Of a DNA stretch of 64,000 nt, positions 50,983 through 64,000 are shown one piece after another. The position numbers were made by a program, and so were the translations under genes. The stretch comes from Mobula hypostoma. Lineage: Eukaryota. The notes under the pieces were generated by a model. It had not been told where the DNA came from, ran no database searches, and saw only the letters and a program-made list of their open reading frames with translations. Numbering within the stretch: the first letter of the stretch is position 1; each line of letters starts with the position of its first letter. The stretch is taken from contig NC_086097.1 in assembly GCF_963921235.1 (NCBI RefSeq), forward strand, positions 46,998,001 to 47,062,000, read 5' to 3'.

Positions 50983-51790
50983 TGTAACACACTGGTTAAG
51001 GTTTTTACTGCTTTGCTGTAGGTATTTCATTTTAGTATTTATGCAAGTCTGTTCTGCTTTTAGCATGTTTGGGTTTGAACTAAGGATAAGAGGCTATGTT
51101 GTTGAACTTAGGAATGTCGTGTCAGCCAATGAGGATGGTGGAATTGAGAGAAGGTTGTAGAGAACACTGCGTGGAGAGGTTTTTGTGATGGACACTGGTG
51201 TGGGTTGAGGTCTTTTTGGCGGGAGCTGGGAGAAGACAGGAGGAAAGATGGCTGAGGATGCTGTCCCTGTTGCACAAGATGCTTTGTGCAGATGAATGGC
51301 TTCAAGGAGGAAATCTGTACTTCTGTGGGGGAGTCCGTTTGCTTGAGGTGGATTTCGAGCGACATTCGAAAGGTGATATGTGCTTTCATGCAGACCGTGG
51401 GTCCAGCATGCAACTTCAAGATGAGCTCCAACTTATGTGCACATTTGGATTGGGTTAACTGTAATGTGCTCTTTTATTTTCTTTTCTTTTCTTTTCCGTA
51501 CTAGTTGCTCGATAAAGCTGACATTTGTAAATATACTTTCTTTATAACTACATGGAGTGTATGATCTGTTATTTCTTGCTGACAGCTAATTGGTTCGGGG
51601 TAATATTTAAACAGTATTCACACAGATCGGAGTTCAGGTGGTCAAGACATCCCACCTTCCTGATTTTGGTGAGGCCCTAGACATATGGGGTTTGAGAAAG
51701 GTGGTTTTCTCAGTGCTGAGTCCAATGGCTGTTAACAAGGGGCTTATGAGCCGTATCTCTTTGGTACCTGGATAATAATGGGCTTTCGCT
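50983..51790 (+). mobile_element. Possible solo LTR
   Basis: Starts TGTAACA and contains CCAAT, a purine-rich block and a T-rich/ATAAA segment; right end not defined. Confidence 0.25.
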
Positions 51791-51924
51791 GGGAGTAAAG
51801 AAATATGCATCATAAGAAATCCATTAATGTACTGTATATTATAATGTGTATTCCTGTCTGTACATTACAGCTTCTGTTTTATGTTGTCAAAATTTTCTGT
51901 GTTGTGGTTGAATTTTTTATCAGA

Positions 51925-52180
51925 CATAAGAGTGAAAGGTGAGAACTTCACTCAGAGGGTTGTGAGAGTTGGAATGAGCTACAAGCACAGGTGATGCATG
52001 TGAGCTCGATTTCAATGTTGAAGAGAAGTTCGGATAGGTAGATGGGTAGAGGGGATGTGGAGGGCTATGGTCATTGGGAATAGGCAATTTAGATGGTTTT
52101 TGCATGGACTAGATGGGCTGAAGGGCCTGTTTCTTTGCTGTACTAGTTTGATTCTATGACTCTATGACTCTATCACTCTA
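51925..52180 (+). mobile_element. CR1 3' end
   Basis: gatgggctgaagggcctgttt followed by a (ctatgact)n tail. Confidence 0.75.
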
Positions 52181-53074
52181 TCAAAATGGTGGGTTGTTTT
52201 TCAAACCTTCCAACCTATTTTCTAATATTTATACAAACTGTTTATAACCACAGATCTTTAATCATGCTCCTCCTCTGTAGTTTGTGAGAGCTAACCTCAT
52301 TTTGAAGCTTAAGGCTGACTGCAGGTTATTATTGAATAGTGATAGTCATAGAATTGGTGCATCATGTGAAGTGGTCATATGCTGCAACACTCGTGTAAGC
52401 ATTGAATTCCAGATCGTAGCTAATCTGTCTTTTTTTTAAAAAAAGTACCTTTGTGACTTTTGTTTAGAGGTTTGGTTGTCTCTTGGTTGTTGAAGAATTG
52501 CTTAGTAGTTCATTATTGTTTCCTACCTTAAACTTTTACACTTTAGTCAAATCTTGCCAGAACCTTCTTTACTTCAAAAATAATTAACCCAGTTTTTTTT
52601 CATTTGACCTCGCAGATAAAATTCCTTACTCTCATCCCTGGATCCATCCTATTAAATATTTTTGCACCTGCTCTGGGCCATTCACGTCCTTCCCAAAGTA
52701 CCACAAACAGTATTGAATAATACTCCAGTGGTTTAACCAGTGTCTTTTTTTTTAAACAGCTTCAACATAACTTCACTGTTTTATGCATCTTGGAGTTCCA
52801 GAAGTTTTATTAACTATTACATGAATATTCCCTGATACTTTCAAGGAGTGTGCATATTTGCACTTGGGTCCCTCTGTTCCTATACACATTTTGAAATGGT
52901 TGACATCTTTAGCCTTGTTCTTACAAAATCTTTTCTTTTGGAATATTATCAGTTGTTCCATGCCTGGAATCAAACTGCCTAATTGGGAACTGGTGCTCCA
53001 ATTTTATGAAATGTATAGTATCATTCATGTTAAGTATCACAGTATCAGAGTCCTGACTCAGTTTACACTTTGTG

Positions 53075-54612
53075 TGTTTGTGAGCCCTTTGTAATTACCT
53101 GGTTTTCTGAATCGGTTAGTCATAAAATGTGGTCTGATCCTCATCTAAATCACAGTAACAGATAAACACAATCTGCTTAAACTAATAACACAAACAATTG
53201 TACTACTTCTCATCAATACTGAGTACACCATTTAAACAATGCATGTGAACCTCTGGGGTAATGCCTTCTACAAAAGCTATTTGGAACCGGGTTGTTCCAA
53301 TCAATGAGATGAGATTGGAACAGTGGGTTGTAGAGGTGCCCTGCCCTATAAAAAAAGAACCAAAGTCAGGTTACTGACCGAGCCTGCTCTTCTCAAGAAA
53401 GATCTGTGTATGTACACCATGCCTCAATCAAAACAACTTTCGGAGGACCTTGGAAGAAGAATTGCAGAGAAGTATGAAGCTGGAAAAGGCTATAAAAGCA
53501 CTTCTGAATACCTGAGTGTTCATCAGTCCACAGTAAGAGAAATTGTCTACAAATGGAGGAAATTCAGTACTGTTGCTACTCTCCCTAGGAGTGAGCATCC
53601 TGCAAAGATCACACCAAGAGCACAAGGTGCAAGGAGGTAAAAAAGAACCCAAGGGTAACAACAAAAGACCTGTAGAAATCTCTAGAACTTGCTAAGGTCT
53701 CTGTTCATGTGTCCACTGAGAAAAGCAATGAACAAGATTGGTGTTCGTGGAAGGACACTATGGAGGAAACTGCTGCTGTCTCAAAAAAAAGCATTGCTGT
53801 ACATTTCAGGTTTGCGAAAGACCACCTGGATGTTCTACAATGTTCTGTGGACAGATGAGACAAAAGTTGAACTCTTTAGCAGAGATGCATATTGCTATGT
53901 TTGGAGAAAAAAGGGCACTGCATATCAACACCAAAACCTCAACCCAACTGTGAAGCATGGTGGAAGGAGCATCATGATTTGGGGCTGCTTTGCTGCCGCA
54001 TGGCTTGGACAGCTTGTGATCATTAAAGAAACAATGAATTCAAAGTTGTAAAATGTCTTGATACAAGAGAATGTCAGGGTAGCAGTCCATCACCTGAATT
54101 TGGATAATGCAACAAGACAATGATCCGAAAGACAATAGATCAACAACAGAATGGTTTAAAAATAAAATTTTTGTTTTGGAATGGTCGAGTCAAAGTCCTG
54201 ACCTTAATGTTATAGAAATGTTGTGGAAGGACCTGAAGCTAACAGTTCATGCAAGGAAGCCCACTAACATTCCAGAATTGAAGCAGTTTAGGAATGGCCT
54301 AAAATTCCTCCAGCTGACGTGCAGGACTGTGCAACAGTTAATGGAAACGTTCGTTTGAAGTTATTGCTGAACAAGGGGTTCAGGCCAGTTACTGAATACA
54401 AAGGTTCACGTACTTTTGCCAACAAATACATGTAAAATTGGATCATTTTTCTCATTAAATAAATGAACAAGTATAATGTATTTTGTGCGATTTTTAAAAT
54501 TGGGTTCTCTTTATCTAGTTTTAGGACCTGCGTGAAGATCTGATCACATTTTAGGCCATATTTATGCAGAAATAGAGAATATTCTACAGGGTTCACAAAC
54601 TTTCCAGCATCG
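53075..54612 (+). mobile_element. Second Tc1-family transposon, decayed
   Basis: MPQSKQLSEDL..GKGYK, WTDETKVELF, VKHGGRSIMIWGCF, QQDNDPK and QSPDLNVIEMLW; diverged TIRs (tttgtgagccct / gggttcacaaac). Confidence 0.9.
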
Positions 54613-55544
54613 TTATATGCACTGCATCTGGGAAATATGCTCAGCTGTTTTTGTTACAGGGTGGTGAAGATTTTTTTTAGGTTTGGTCAGGTTACACGTC
54701 TTGTATTTGAATTGTTACTGCAACAAACTGTGTGCTAGATGAACACAGTGGATTAAGCAGCTTCTGTTGTGGGGTTGCAGGTGGTTTTGTTAAGGAAATG
54801 TTGACATTTCAGGTCAAAACCCTGCATTAGGATATTTGAAATGTTTTTATCTGGGAAGAATGTTTCATCTGAACCACAGTTTTTGATATATAACATGGTG
54901 TTACTAAAAATAAGAGGAAGGGAAACTAGCATACATTAGTCACCAGTAACTTTTGAAGAGAAGATGTTTTGCATTTAGCAGAATTCTACAAATCAAAAAA
55001 CCTAACCTTTAACATGCTACTTCAAGTTCTAATATTTGGCAGGGTTTAGGCATTCATAATTGAATTAACAAGTATTCCATGATGAATCTGGCTTGATAGG
55101 ATAAGAAGGCAAATATTGCTATTAGCATTAATAGAATCAGAGGCAAGTCATTACCTGCAAGTAAACAGATGTTGGAAATATTCAGAATGGAAAGAGGAAC
55201 AGTAACATTTTAAATTGTTGGTCTTTCATCAGAACTTAACAAACTGAGAAATCAAACATGGTTTAGAGAAGGAGGCGAAGGGGTGGAGAGAACAATGAGA
55301 ATGTCTGTAATGGAGACTGAATAGTGAAGTCGTTTGAGTGAGGCTTAATAATTACAGGTGATTTGTCAAAACAAAAATCATGCTGGAGCTGTAAGACACA
55401 AAATGCTGCATTTTGTTGTAAATTTGACATAAAACAATGCTGGAAATAGTAAGTCAGCCAAAAAAACATAAGAAATGTGAGCAGAGGTTGGCCATTTGGC
55501 TTCGAGCTAACACCACTATTCAACACGATCATGATTGTTTTTTT

Positions 55545-56965
55545 TTTCAACCACTCATTTCTACGGGCTAAAGTTCCCACTTGCTTCAAAAAGGCAACAA
55601 TTATACCAGAGCCTAAGAAGCATAATGTGAGCTGTCTTAATGACTATTGCCCGGTAGCGCTCACATCTCCAGTGGTGAAATGCTTTGAGAGGTTGGTCAT
55701 GACTAGACTGAACTCCTGCTTCAGCAAGGACCTGGACCCATTGCATTTTGTCTATCGCCACAACAGCAGATGCAATTCCAATGGTTTTTCACATGGCCTT
55801 CAAACACCTGGACAATACGAATACCCATGTCAGGATGCTGTTCATCGATTATAGCTCAGCATTGAGCACCATCATTCCCACGACCCTGATTGAGAAGTTA
55901 CAGAACCTGGGCCTCCGTACCTCCCTCTGTAATTGGAGCCTTGACTTCCTAACTGGAAGACCACAATCTGTGCGGATTACTGACAACATCTCCTCCTTGC
56001 TGACGATCAAAACTGGTGCGCCTCAGGAGTGTGTACTTAGCCCACTGCTCTATTCTCTCTATGCCCATGACTGTGTGGCTCGTCATAGTTCAAATTTTGC
56101 TGATGATACAACTATTGTTGGTAGAATCTCAGATGGAGATGAGAGGGCGTACAGGAGCGAGATAAGCCAACTAGTGGAGTGCTGTCGCAGCAACAGCCTG
56201 GCACTCAAAGTCAGTAAGCTAAAAGAGATGATTGTGGACTTCAGGAAGGGTAAGACGAAGGAACACATACCAATCCTCATAGGGGATCAGAAGTGGAGAG
56301 AGTGAGCAGTTTTAAGTTCCTGAATGTTGAGACCTCTGAAGACCCAGCCTGGTCCCAACATATCGATGCAGTTATAAAGAAGGCAAGACAGCGACTATAC
56401 TTCATTAGGAGTCTGAAGAGATTTGGCATGTCAACAAATACACTCAAAAGTTTCTACACATGTACTGTGGAGAGCATTCTGAGAGGCTGCATCACTGTCT
56501 GGTATGGGGCAGCTACAGCACAAGACCGAAATAAGCTGCAGCGGGTTGTAAATTTAGTTGGCTCCATCTTAGGTACTAGCCTACAAAGTACCCAGGACAT
56601 CTTCAGGGAGCAGTGTCTCAGAAAGGCAGCGTCCATTATTAAGGACCTCCAGCATCCAGGGCATGCCCTTTTCTCACTGTAGGAGTTGCAGAAGCCTGAA
56701 AGCGCACACTCGGTGATTCAGGAACTACTTCTTCCCCTCTGCCATCCGATTCCTAAATGGACATTGAACCTGTGAACACTACCTCACTTTTTAAATATAT
56801 TATTTCTGTTTTTTGCACAATTTTTAATCTATTCAATATACGTACGTTGTAATGGATTTATTTATTATTATTTTTTCCCTCTTCTATATTATGTATTGCA
56901 TTGAACTGCTGCTGCTGTTAACAAATTTCACGACACATGCTGGTGATAATAAAGTTAATTCTGAT
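55545..56965 (+). mobile_element. Rex1/Babar-type LINE, RT to 3' end, frameshifted
   Basis: [65 protein letters not shown] and KKARQRLYFIR. Confidence 0.9.
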
Positions 56966-56971
56966 TTTATT

Positions 56972-57245
56972 TATATTGAAATACAGTGCAGAATAAGCCC
57001 TTATGACCCTTCAAGCCGCGCTGCCCAGATATTCCTCGATTCATCCTAGCTTAATCGTGGGACAATTTACCAGTTAACCTACCAAAGGGTACATCTTTGG
57101 ACTGTGGGAGGAAACTGGAGCGCCCAGAGGAAAACCATGCGGTCATGAGGAAAAGATACAAACTCCTTACAGGCAGTAGTGGGAATTGAATCTGGGTTGC
57201 TGGTACTGTAAAACGTGGTGCTAACCTCTAACACTACTATGCTGC
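56972..57245 (-). mobile_element. V-SINE (HE1-like)
   Basis: Same core and tRNA-like head as 16405-16660. Confidence 0.75.
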
Positions 57246-57635
57246 ACTTCCCCGCCTCCCAATCCCTTTTCTCCTCCTCATCTTCCTCTGGTGCCCCTCC
57301 TGTTTTCCTTTCTCCCATGGTCTATACTCCTCTCAGATTCCTTCTTCAGCCCTTTACCTCTTTCACCTATCACCTCTCAGTTTCTTACTTCAGCCCCTTC
57401 CCCCATCTTCCCAGTCACTTCGTTTCATCTATCACTTGCCAGCTTGTACTCTTCTCCCCTCCTCCAGCCTTTTATTTTGGCTTCTTCCCCCCTTTTGTCT
57501 AGTCTTGATGAATTATCTCAGACCGAAACATTGACTGTTTATTCCCCTGGATGGATACTACCTGACCTGCTGAGTTCTACCAGCATTTTGTGTGTGTTGC
57601 TCTGGATTTCCAGCAGTTGAAAAATCTCTTGTGCT
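57246..57635 (+). mobile_element. Old Penelope terminal repeat with a decayed hammerhead (about 57501-57536)
   Basis: Pyrimidine tract, then agtc-TTGATGA...GAAA-ca-TT-gact and the shared tail. Confidence 0.6.
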
Positions 57636-58299
57636 CATGGTATAATCAAAGACCCCACTCATCCCAGAGATTCTCTCTTCCCACTTCTCTCATCGGGCAG
57701 AAGGTACAAAAGCCTTGAAAGCATGTACCACAAAGCTCAAGGGCAGCTGGTGTCACATTATTATATTCTTGAACAGACCTCTTGTACAATAAAACAGACT
57801 CTTGGCCTTATAATCTACCCTGTTCTGACCATGCATTTTATCGTTTACCTGCAATGTAATTTTGATAGCTTTATCCTTCATAGTTATTGGTTCACCTTTT
57901 TCTAGCTCAGTGCACACTGTACTGATTTGATCCATATAAAGTGCACAAGATGAGCATTTCCCTGTATGTTGGTATATGTGACAATAATATATGAAGATAT
58001 TCAACCTTGACCCTTCTTCTGGCTAGCTTTTCATCTGCACACATCCAGAGCCTGGCCAAGTGTATCCTAACCACCTGCTGAGTTCCTGCAGTATTTTGTG
58101 TATATTGTATCATATAACTAATAGAAGATCAATAATTGAACAACTAAAATTAAAATGAACCACTGAAGAGAAACTTTGGCCCAGGCCCTAAATTCATTAG
58201 TAATTATCATAAAGAATCACAAGAACTTCATGATGATGGTTCAACAGATGTGTACAAATGAATTTTCAAAACCATTTTGTAAAATATAATTTGCATATA

Positions 58300-59150
58300 C
58301 ATCAGGGATGTATGCTTAGCCCACTGCTCTTCTCTGTTTATACCCATGACTTTGTGGCTAGGTATAGCTCAAATGCCATCTATAAATTTGCTGATGATTC
58401 AACCATTGTTGGTATAATCTCAGATGGAGATGAGAGGGCATACAGGAGTGAGATATATCAGCTAGTTGAGTGATGTTGCAGCAATGACCTCACACTTGAC
58501 GTCAATAAGGCCAAAGAGCTGATTGTGGACTTCAGGAAGGGTAAGATGAGGGAGCACAAACCAATCCTCGTAGACGGATCAGAAGTGGAGAGTGAGCAAT
58601 TTCAAGTTCCTTGGTGTCAAGATCTCTGAGGATTTAACCTGGTCCCAATATATCACTTCAGCTATAAAGAAGGCAAGACAGTGGCTATATTTCATTAGGA
58701 GTTTGAGGAGATTTGGTTTGTCACCTAAAACATTCAAACTTCTACAGATGCCCTGTGGAGAGCGTTCTGACAGGCTGCATCACTGTCTGATTTGGGACAG
58801 GTCTACTGCACAGGATTGAAGTAAGCTACAGAAAGCTGTAAAATTAGTCAGCTCCATCTTGGGTACTTGTTTCCGTAGTATCTAAGACGTCTTCAAAGAG
58901 CGATGCCTCAGAAAGGCAGTGTCCATTATTAAGGACCCCCATCACCCAGAACATGTCCTCTTTTCATTGTTACTGTCAGGAATGAGGTGCAGAAGCCTGA
59001 AGGCTGAAGACTCAGCGATTCAGGAACAGCTTTTTCCCCTCTGCTATCTGATTCCTAAATGGACATTGAACCTATGAACACTACCTCACTTTTTAAAAAA
59101 TATTTTTGTTTTTGCGCCATTTTAAATATATTAAACCTGATTCTGATTCT
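58300..59150 (+). mobile_element. Rex1/Babar-type LINE fragment
   Basis: QGCMLSPLLFSVYTHD..IYKFADDSTIVG and KKARQWLYFIRSLRRF. Confidence 0.88.
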
Positions 59151-61999
59151 TGAAGAAATGGGAATGTGTGATTACAAGACCTCTGGTACTTGAATAGATT
59201 ATTGGATGTTGAGTAGATGCTTGTGGTCAAATCTTAGAGATCAATATCAGGATAATTGTTTTTTCTTGTATATAAATAAATGGACTAGTGTTCATGGATA
59301 CTGCTTTGAATTTTATGGATACTACAAAACTTGACAATACAGCAGTGGGTAGGATTTTAGTAAGCTAAAGGTTAAGAGGGAGTCTTGAGAATCAAATTGA
59401 AGAGGACAAATTCACCTAATGCATATAAAGCAATTATGTTTGAGGTGATGTATTTTAGTGGAGCATCGTGGAAAATTAGTGTAATGTAATGATTCTGGTT
59501 TGAAGTTCTACCAGAACAGACAAACTTGCTTTGTGTATTTTTAAAACTTGGATGATGTCATGATAAATCAATTAAGAAATAAATGGGGAACTGGGCATTG
59601 TAAGTAGACACATTGAATACAAGGAGATTATGCCATATCTCTAAGAACCACGATAAGTGACTAGGAAATCTTCTGAGATAGAAGGAATGTGAAGGCCTTC
59701 AATGCTAGGTTTACCAGAAAGTTGCTAGAGCAGAGATTCTTTAATTAAATGGAACATTCAAAGAAACTAAAATAATCTTCCAAATAGAGAAGGTTAACAG
59801 AATATCTGAATTAAAGATTAAAAATTGAGATGTTTTGCTGGCACAGGCAGGGAAAACCCATTCTATCATGTGTGTTGATAAGAACCTTGGGATTTAAAAT
59901 AGAACCTTCCTGGCCTGCTAAGGTCCTCCAGCATTTTGTGTGTTTTACCTGTAAGGGTATTGGGAGCTGAGCTTACGGAAAGTTTCAGAGGGTAATTTCT
60001 CAGTTTTCTAAAAGGGAAGGATTCAGAAAACGGAAAACTGCAGGCCATTGATGTTTACATGTGTCATAGGAAAAATATAATTTTATAGCAGTACATATAA
60101 CAAATTTTAAGTAGGTAAAATCTGTGTTTTCCCATTTCGTACTCATTCCATTTTAATACCAAGGGTCTTAGTTACTGACCCACTTGACAAACGAATGGAA
60201 TCTCCCTGTCTGCTCCATCAAAACATCTCAAATTTGAATCTTTTACTGTTTGATTAATTTGTTGTAATTCCTGGAAGAAGTGACTTGATTTGGATGTAAG
60301 GGAACTAGTGTATCTATATTGTAGTTGGATTGCCAGAAGGCAAGCTTGTGGTGCAAGAATTAATGTAGTGGTGTAGATTGAAGATTGGCCAAAAGAAACC
60401 AATGAATAGGCACAAATCGAGTAAAATGTGCTGTGTGCTGCTGGCATTAGTCCTTTACAATTTATATACTGACATCAATGGAGATATTGAGGCAACATGT
60501 TCGAAAATGAATTGAAAAGGACTGGAGGATATTCACTGAAATGAATGGATAAATGATGTACAATATGGGAAATCTTGGCATTGTCAATTTTGGCAGGAAA
60601 ACTATAAATAACATATAAATGTTGAGATTTTTCAGAACTCTGTGATGAAAAAGGATCTTTCAAAGTGTTTAAAGTCCTTAGGAGGTTTACTAGACCATCA
60701 CCTGGAACAGTTGGATTGTATCATGAAGAAAAATTGAATGGGCTAAGTTTGTTTCCATTGGGGTTTAGGACAGTGTGTGCGGAAGGTCTTGATGGAATAA
60801 CTGTGAAGAAGATAATTCTTCCTGTGAGAAAAACAAGACCTGAGGATCATTGTTGTAAGAATAAATGGTCAAAATTTAAGACAAGATGGTATGATTTTTT
60901 TTTGTCTCTGTAAAGGATTATGATCTTACAGAACCTCCTTCCTTAAAAGGTGGAGTTTACTTAGACAGATGCACGGTTAAGTATACCATCAGACTAACAG
61001 AAGATGCTGGAAATCCTCAGCAGGTTTGTTGCATCCGTGGAAAGAGAAACTGTTAATGTTTCAGGTTGAAGACCCTTTGTTTGGAGTATTTTCTAATTTT
61101 GTGTCAGATTTTCAGCATTTGTAATCTTTTCTGCTTTGCAGTGGATCATCCATGATACTGAATGGCAGAGCAGGCTTGAGTAGCCTATGATTCTTCTGTT
61201 CTCATTTCTTATGTTTCGGAGACATGTCTAGCTGAATGAGCTTCATTAGCAGTTTAAGATCTTGTGAATCAGATGACTGGAATCTCTAATTATATTAAAA
61301 TTTAGCATTTCTTCCAGTATCTAAATTCTGGAGCTCCCTCCAGTGGCAACAAGCCAGCAGCAATTTTCTCCTTTGTTGTATTGTGCATTCTGTAATTTGT
61401 ATCCAGACATCAAAAAGATGACATCTTATAAATATGTGAAATCTTTCATCAGTACTTATTTTTTTAAACCATGGGTACTCCACTTGATAATATAACGCCA
61501 CTGTTTGTGTCAGCCACGAAACTTGGAACACTTCCTTGTGTCTCTTTCCTTCATTCTTTTCTGTTTGAGTTTGTCCATTATGTCCAGTATGATATTGTAA
61601 AAATTTAATTACTTTGCGTTAACTTTCTAAATACAATTTATATAAATTGAAGACTATCATACCACCATTCAGTGCTTAATCTCATCCTGCCGATATACCT
61701 CCGAAGAGTATGCATCATTTATTGCCATTTTCTACAGCATTTCTAATTTTTACTCTAAATTCATTCAACTTTGAGTATAATCTTTTTTTCATATCCCTTG
61801 TGTGTCCCAAGAGATGTAAAATTTGGGATTAAAATTTTTTCAAGAACAGTTCAATGATCATTGAATGATCTTTATGAGAAATGGCAGGGGCATTCCAAAC
61901 AAAATAATATTAACATTTAACAATATACGTATATGGACAGTGGCTGGATTGTACTGGAAATGTAAAATAAATATGTGAAATTATTTTGATAGCATTATA

Positions 62000-62500
62000 T
62001 CAGTCAGAAATCAGGTCTATTATTGTGAACTTTGTTTTGCAGCATCGGTTCAATGCAAAACATTAAAAATTACCATTAACTTACCAAAAGAAAGGAATAG
62101 TGAGGTAGGGTAATGGGAAGAAAAGAAGGCATGCCCTGAACAGTGAGGGTCTTTAATGATACATTGCATCTTTTGAAGATATCCTCAATGGTGGGAGGAT
62201 TGAGCTTATAAAGTGCTAAGTCTCAACCTTTTACAGCCTCTAGCTCTTGTATTGGAGCCCCCTATACAACGTGGTGATGCAATCAGTCAGAATTCTCCCT
62301 ACTGTACATATGTAGAAATTTGATTGTCTTTGGTGACACACAAAATCTCAAACTCCGAAGGAAGTACAGCCATTGGCTTACCTCTTTGTGATTGCATCAG
62401 TGTTTTGGGCCCAAAATAGGTTGCCTTGAAGCTGCTCACTCTTTCCACTGCTGACACTTCAACGGGGACTGGAATATGTTCTCCCAATGTTCCTTTCCTC
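62000..62500 (-). mobile_element. Rex1/Babar-type fragment, decayed
   Basis: GEHIPV...VERVSSFK on -. Confidence 0.6.
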
Positions 62501-62502
62501 TA

Positions 62503-63195
62503 GTTGGATTCTGGAATGGTTCTGGAGGACTGGAAAATTGCAAATGTCACACTACTCTTCAAGAAGGAGGGTAGGCAGAAGAAAGGAAATTATAGGATAG
62601 TTACGCTGATTTCAGTGGTTAGGAAGATATTGGAGTCCATTATTAAGGATGAAGTTTTGGGGTACTTGAAGGTGCATAATAAAGTAGGCCAAAGGCAAAT
62701 CTTGCCTGACGAATCTGTTGGAAATTTTTGAGGAAAATGAGGTTGCTTAACAAGATAAGAACCCATGGTATTACAGGAAAAATACTAGCATGGATAGATG
62801 ATTGGCTGACTGGCAGGAAACAAAGAGTGGGAGTAAAGGGGCCTAATCTGGTTGTCTGTAAGTGACTATTGGTATTTAGCAGGGCTCAGTATTGGGACCA
62901 CTTTTCACATTACATATCAAATACTTAGATGAAGTAATTGATGTCTTTGTGGCTAAGTTTGCGAACAATGTGAAGATAAATGGACGGGCAAGTAGTGTTG
63001 AAGGAGCAGGGAGTCTGCAGAAGGGCTTGGACAAGTTGGAAGAGTGGGCAAAGAAGTGGCAGATGGAACATAGTATAGGAAAGTGTATGGCCATGCACTT
63101 GGGTAGGAGGAATACAGGTGTAGACTATTTTGTGAATGGGGAGAAAATTCAAAAATCAAAGGTGCAAAGAGACTTGAGAGGCTTTGTGTAGATTC
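62503..63195 (+). mobile_element. CR1 LINE RT fragment
   Basis: EDWKIANVTLLFKK..GNYR, KFANNVKI and EWAKKWQM. Confidence 0.85.
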
Positions 63196-63197
63196 CC

Positions 63198-64000
63198 TTT
63201 CTTTTCTTTTTAAATCTTTTTATTGAATAAGTATACAAAAAGGTAAGCCATATAAACATTAATACAATGTTAAAATATAATAAAATTACAGAAGGTATCA
63301 ATACCAAAAAAGAATACTACAAACAATGTAATTTAAACATAAGAAACCAAGATAACATAATAGTATACTAAATTTTATATATATATCAATAGAAAAAAAG
63401 AAAAAAAAACCCAAAAAAAACCCCACCGTGCAACTAACTAAAAGCAAAGCAAAGCAATGGGCTAACTTGAAACCAAACAGAGTTAAACTTAAAATCACGT
63501 CCTCAATCCTGACCTCCATTAAAAACAGTGAAAAAAAACAAGAAGGGTATGTATTACATTAAATGAAAGTATCGAATAAAAGATCCCCAAATCTGTTCAA
63601 ATTTAAATGAAGAATCATAAAGGTTACTTCTAATTTTCTCCAGATTCAAACATAATATCGTCTGAGAGAACCAAAAAAAGGTAGTTGGAGCATTAAGCTC
63701 TTTCCAATGTTGTAAAATACATCTTTTCGCCATTAAAGTAAGAAATGCAATCATTCTACGGGCTGAAGGAGAAAGATTACTAGAAATTTTAGGTAGTCCA
63801 AAGATAGCAGTAATAGGGTGAGGAGAGATATCTATATTTAATACCTTAGAAATAATATTAAAAATGTCTCTCCAAAAAGTTTCCAAAGTAGGGCAAGACC
63901 AAAACATATGAGTTAAAGAGGCTATCTGCCCCGAACATCTATCACAAAAAGGATTACTATGCAAGTAAAAACGCGCTAACTTATCTTTGGACATATGTGC
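63198..64000 (-). mobile_element. L1-clade LINE 3' end, continues beyond the window
   Basis: ORF2 C-terminal zinc knuckle CDRC...LTHMFWSCP.L..FW, followed by a 3' UTR with AATAAA and an A-rich tail (T-rich on + at 63198-63225). Confidence 0.85.

Overview
AT-rich vertebrate genomic DNA, most likely from a cartilaginous fish (shark or ray), inferred from the V-SINE/HE1-like, CR1, Rex1 and Penelope repeat content. The only host gene is on the + strand: two coding exons of MARK3 (Par-1 family Ser/Thr kinase) at 3575-3769 and 9948-10001. I could not find the next exon, so the remaining ~54 kb appears to be one intron. The introns are packed with mostly decayed and often nested mobile elements: an internally deleted Helitron with both termini, many CR1 and Rex1/Babar LINE fragments, one RTE, one L1-type 3' end, two Tc1 elements, a Tigger/pogo family, SINEs, possible solo LTRs and many Penelope-like (PLE) terminal-repeat fragments. 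The most interesting signal is a recurring minimal type I hammerhead-ribozyme motif (AGTC-CTGAYGA-A-stem II-GAAA-CG-TC-GACT) in the PLE repeats. It occurs on both strands of the MARK3 pre-mRNA, and a second variant sits inside a small inverted-repeat insertion. PLE-borne hammerheads are a known class, and I cannot judge novelty for this lineage without a search. Repeat family calls come from motif recognition by eye, and boundaries are approximate unless a target-site duplication (TSD) or terminus is cited.
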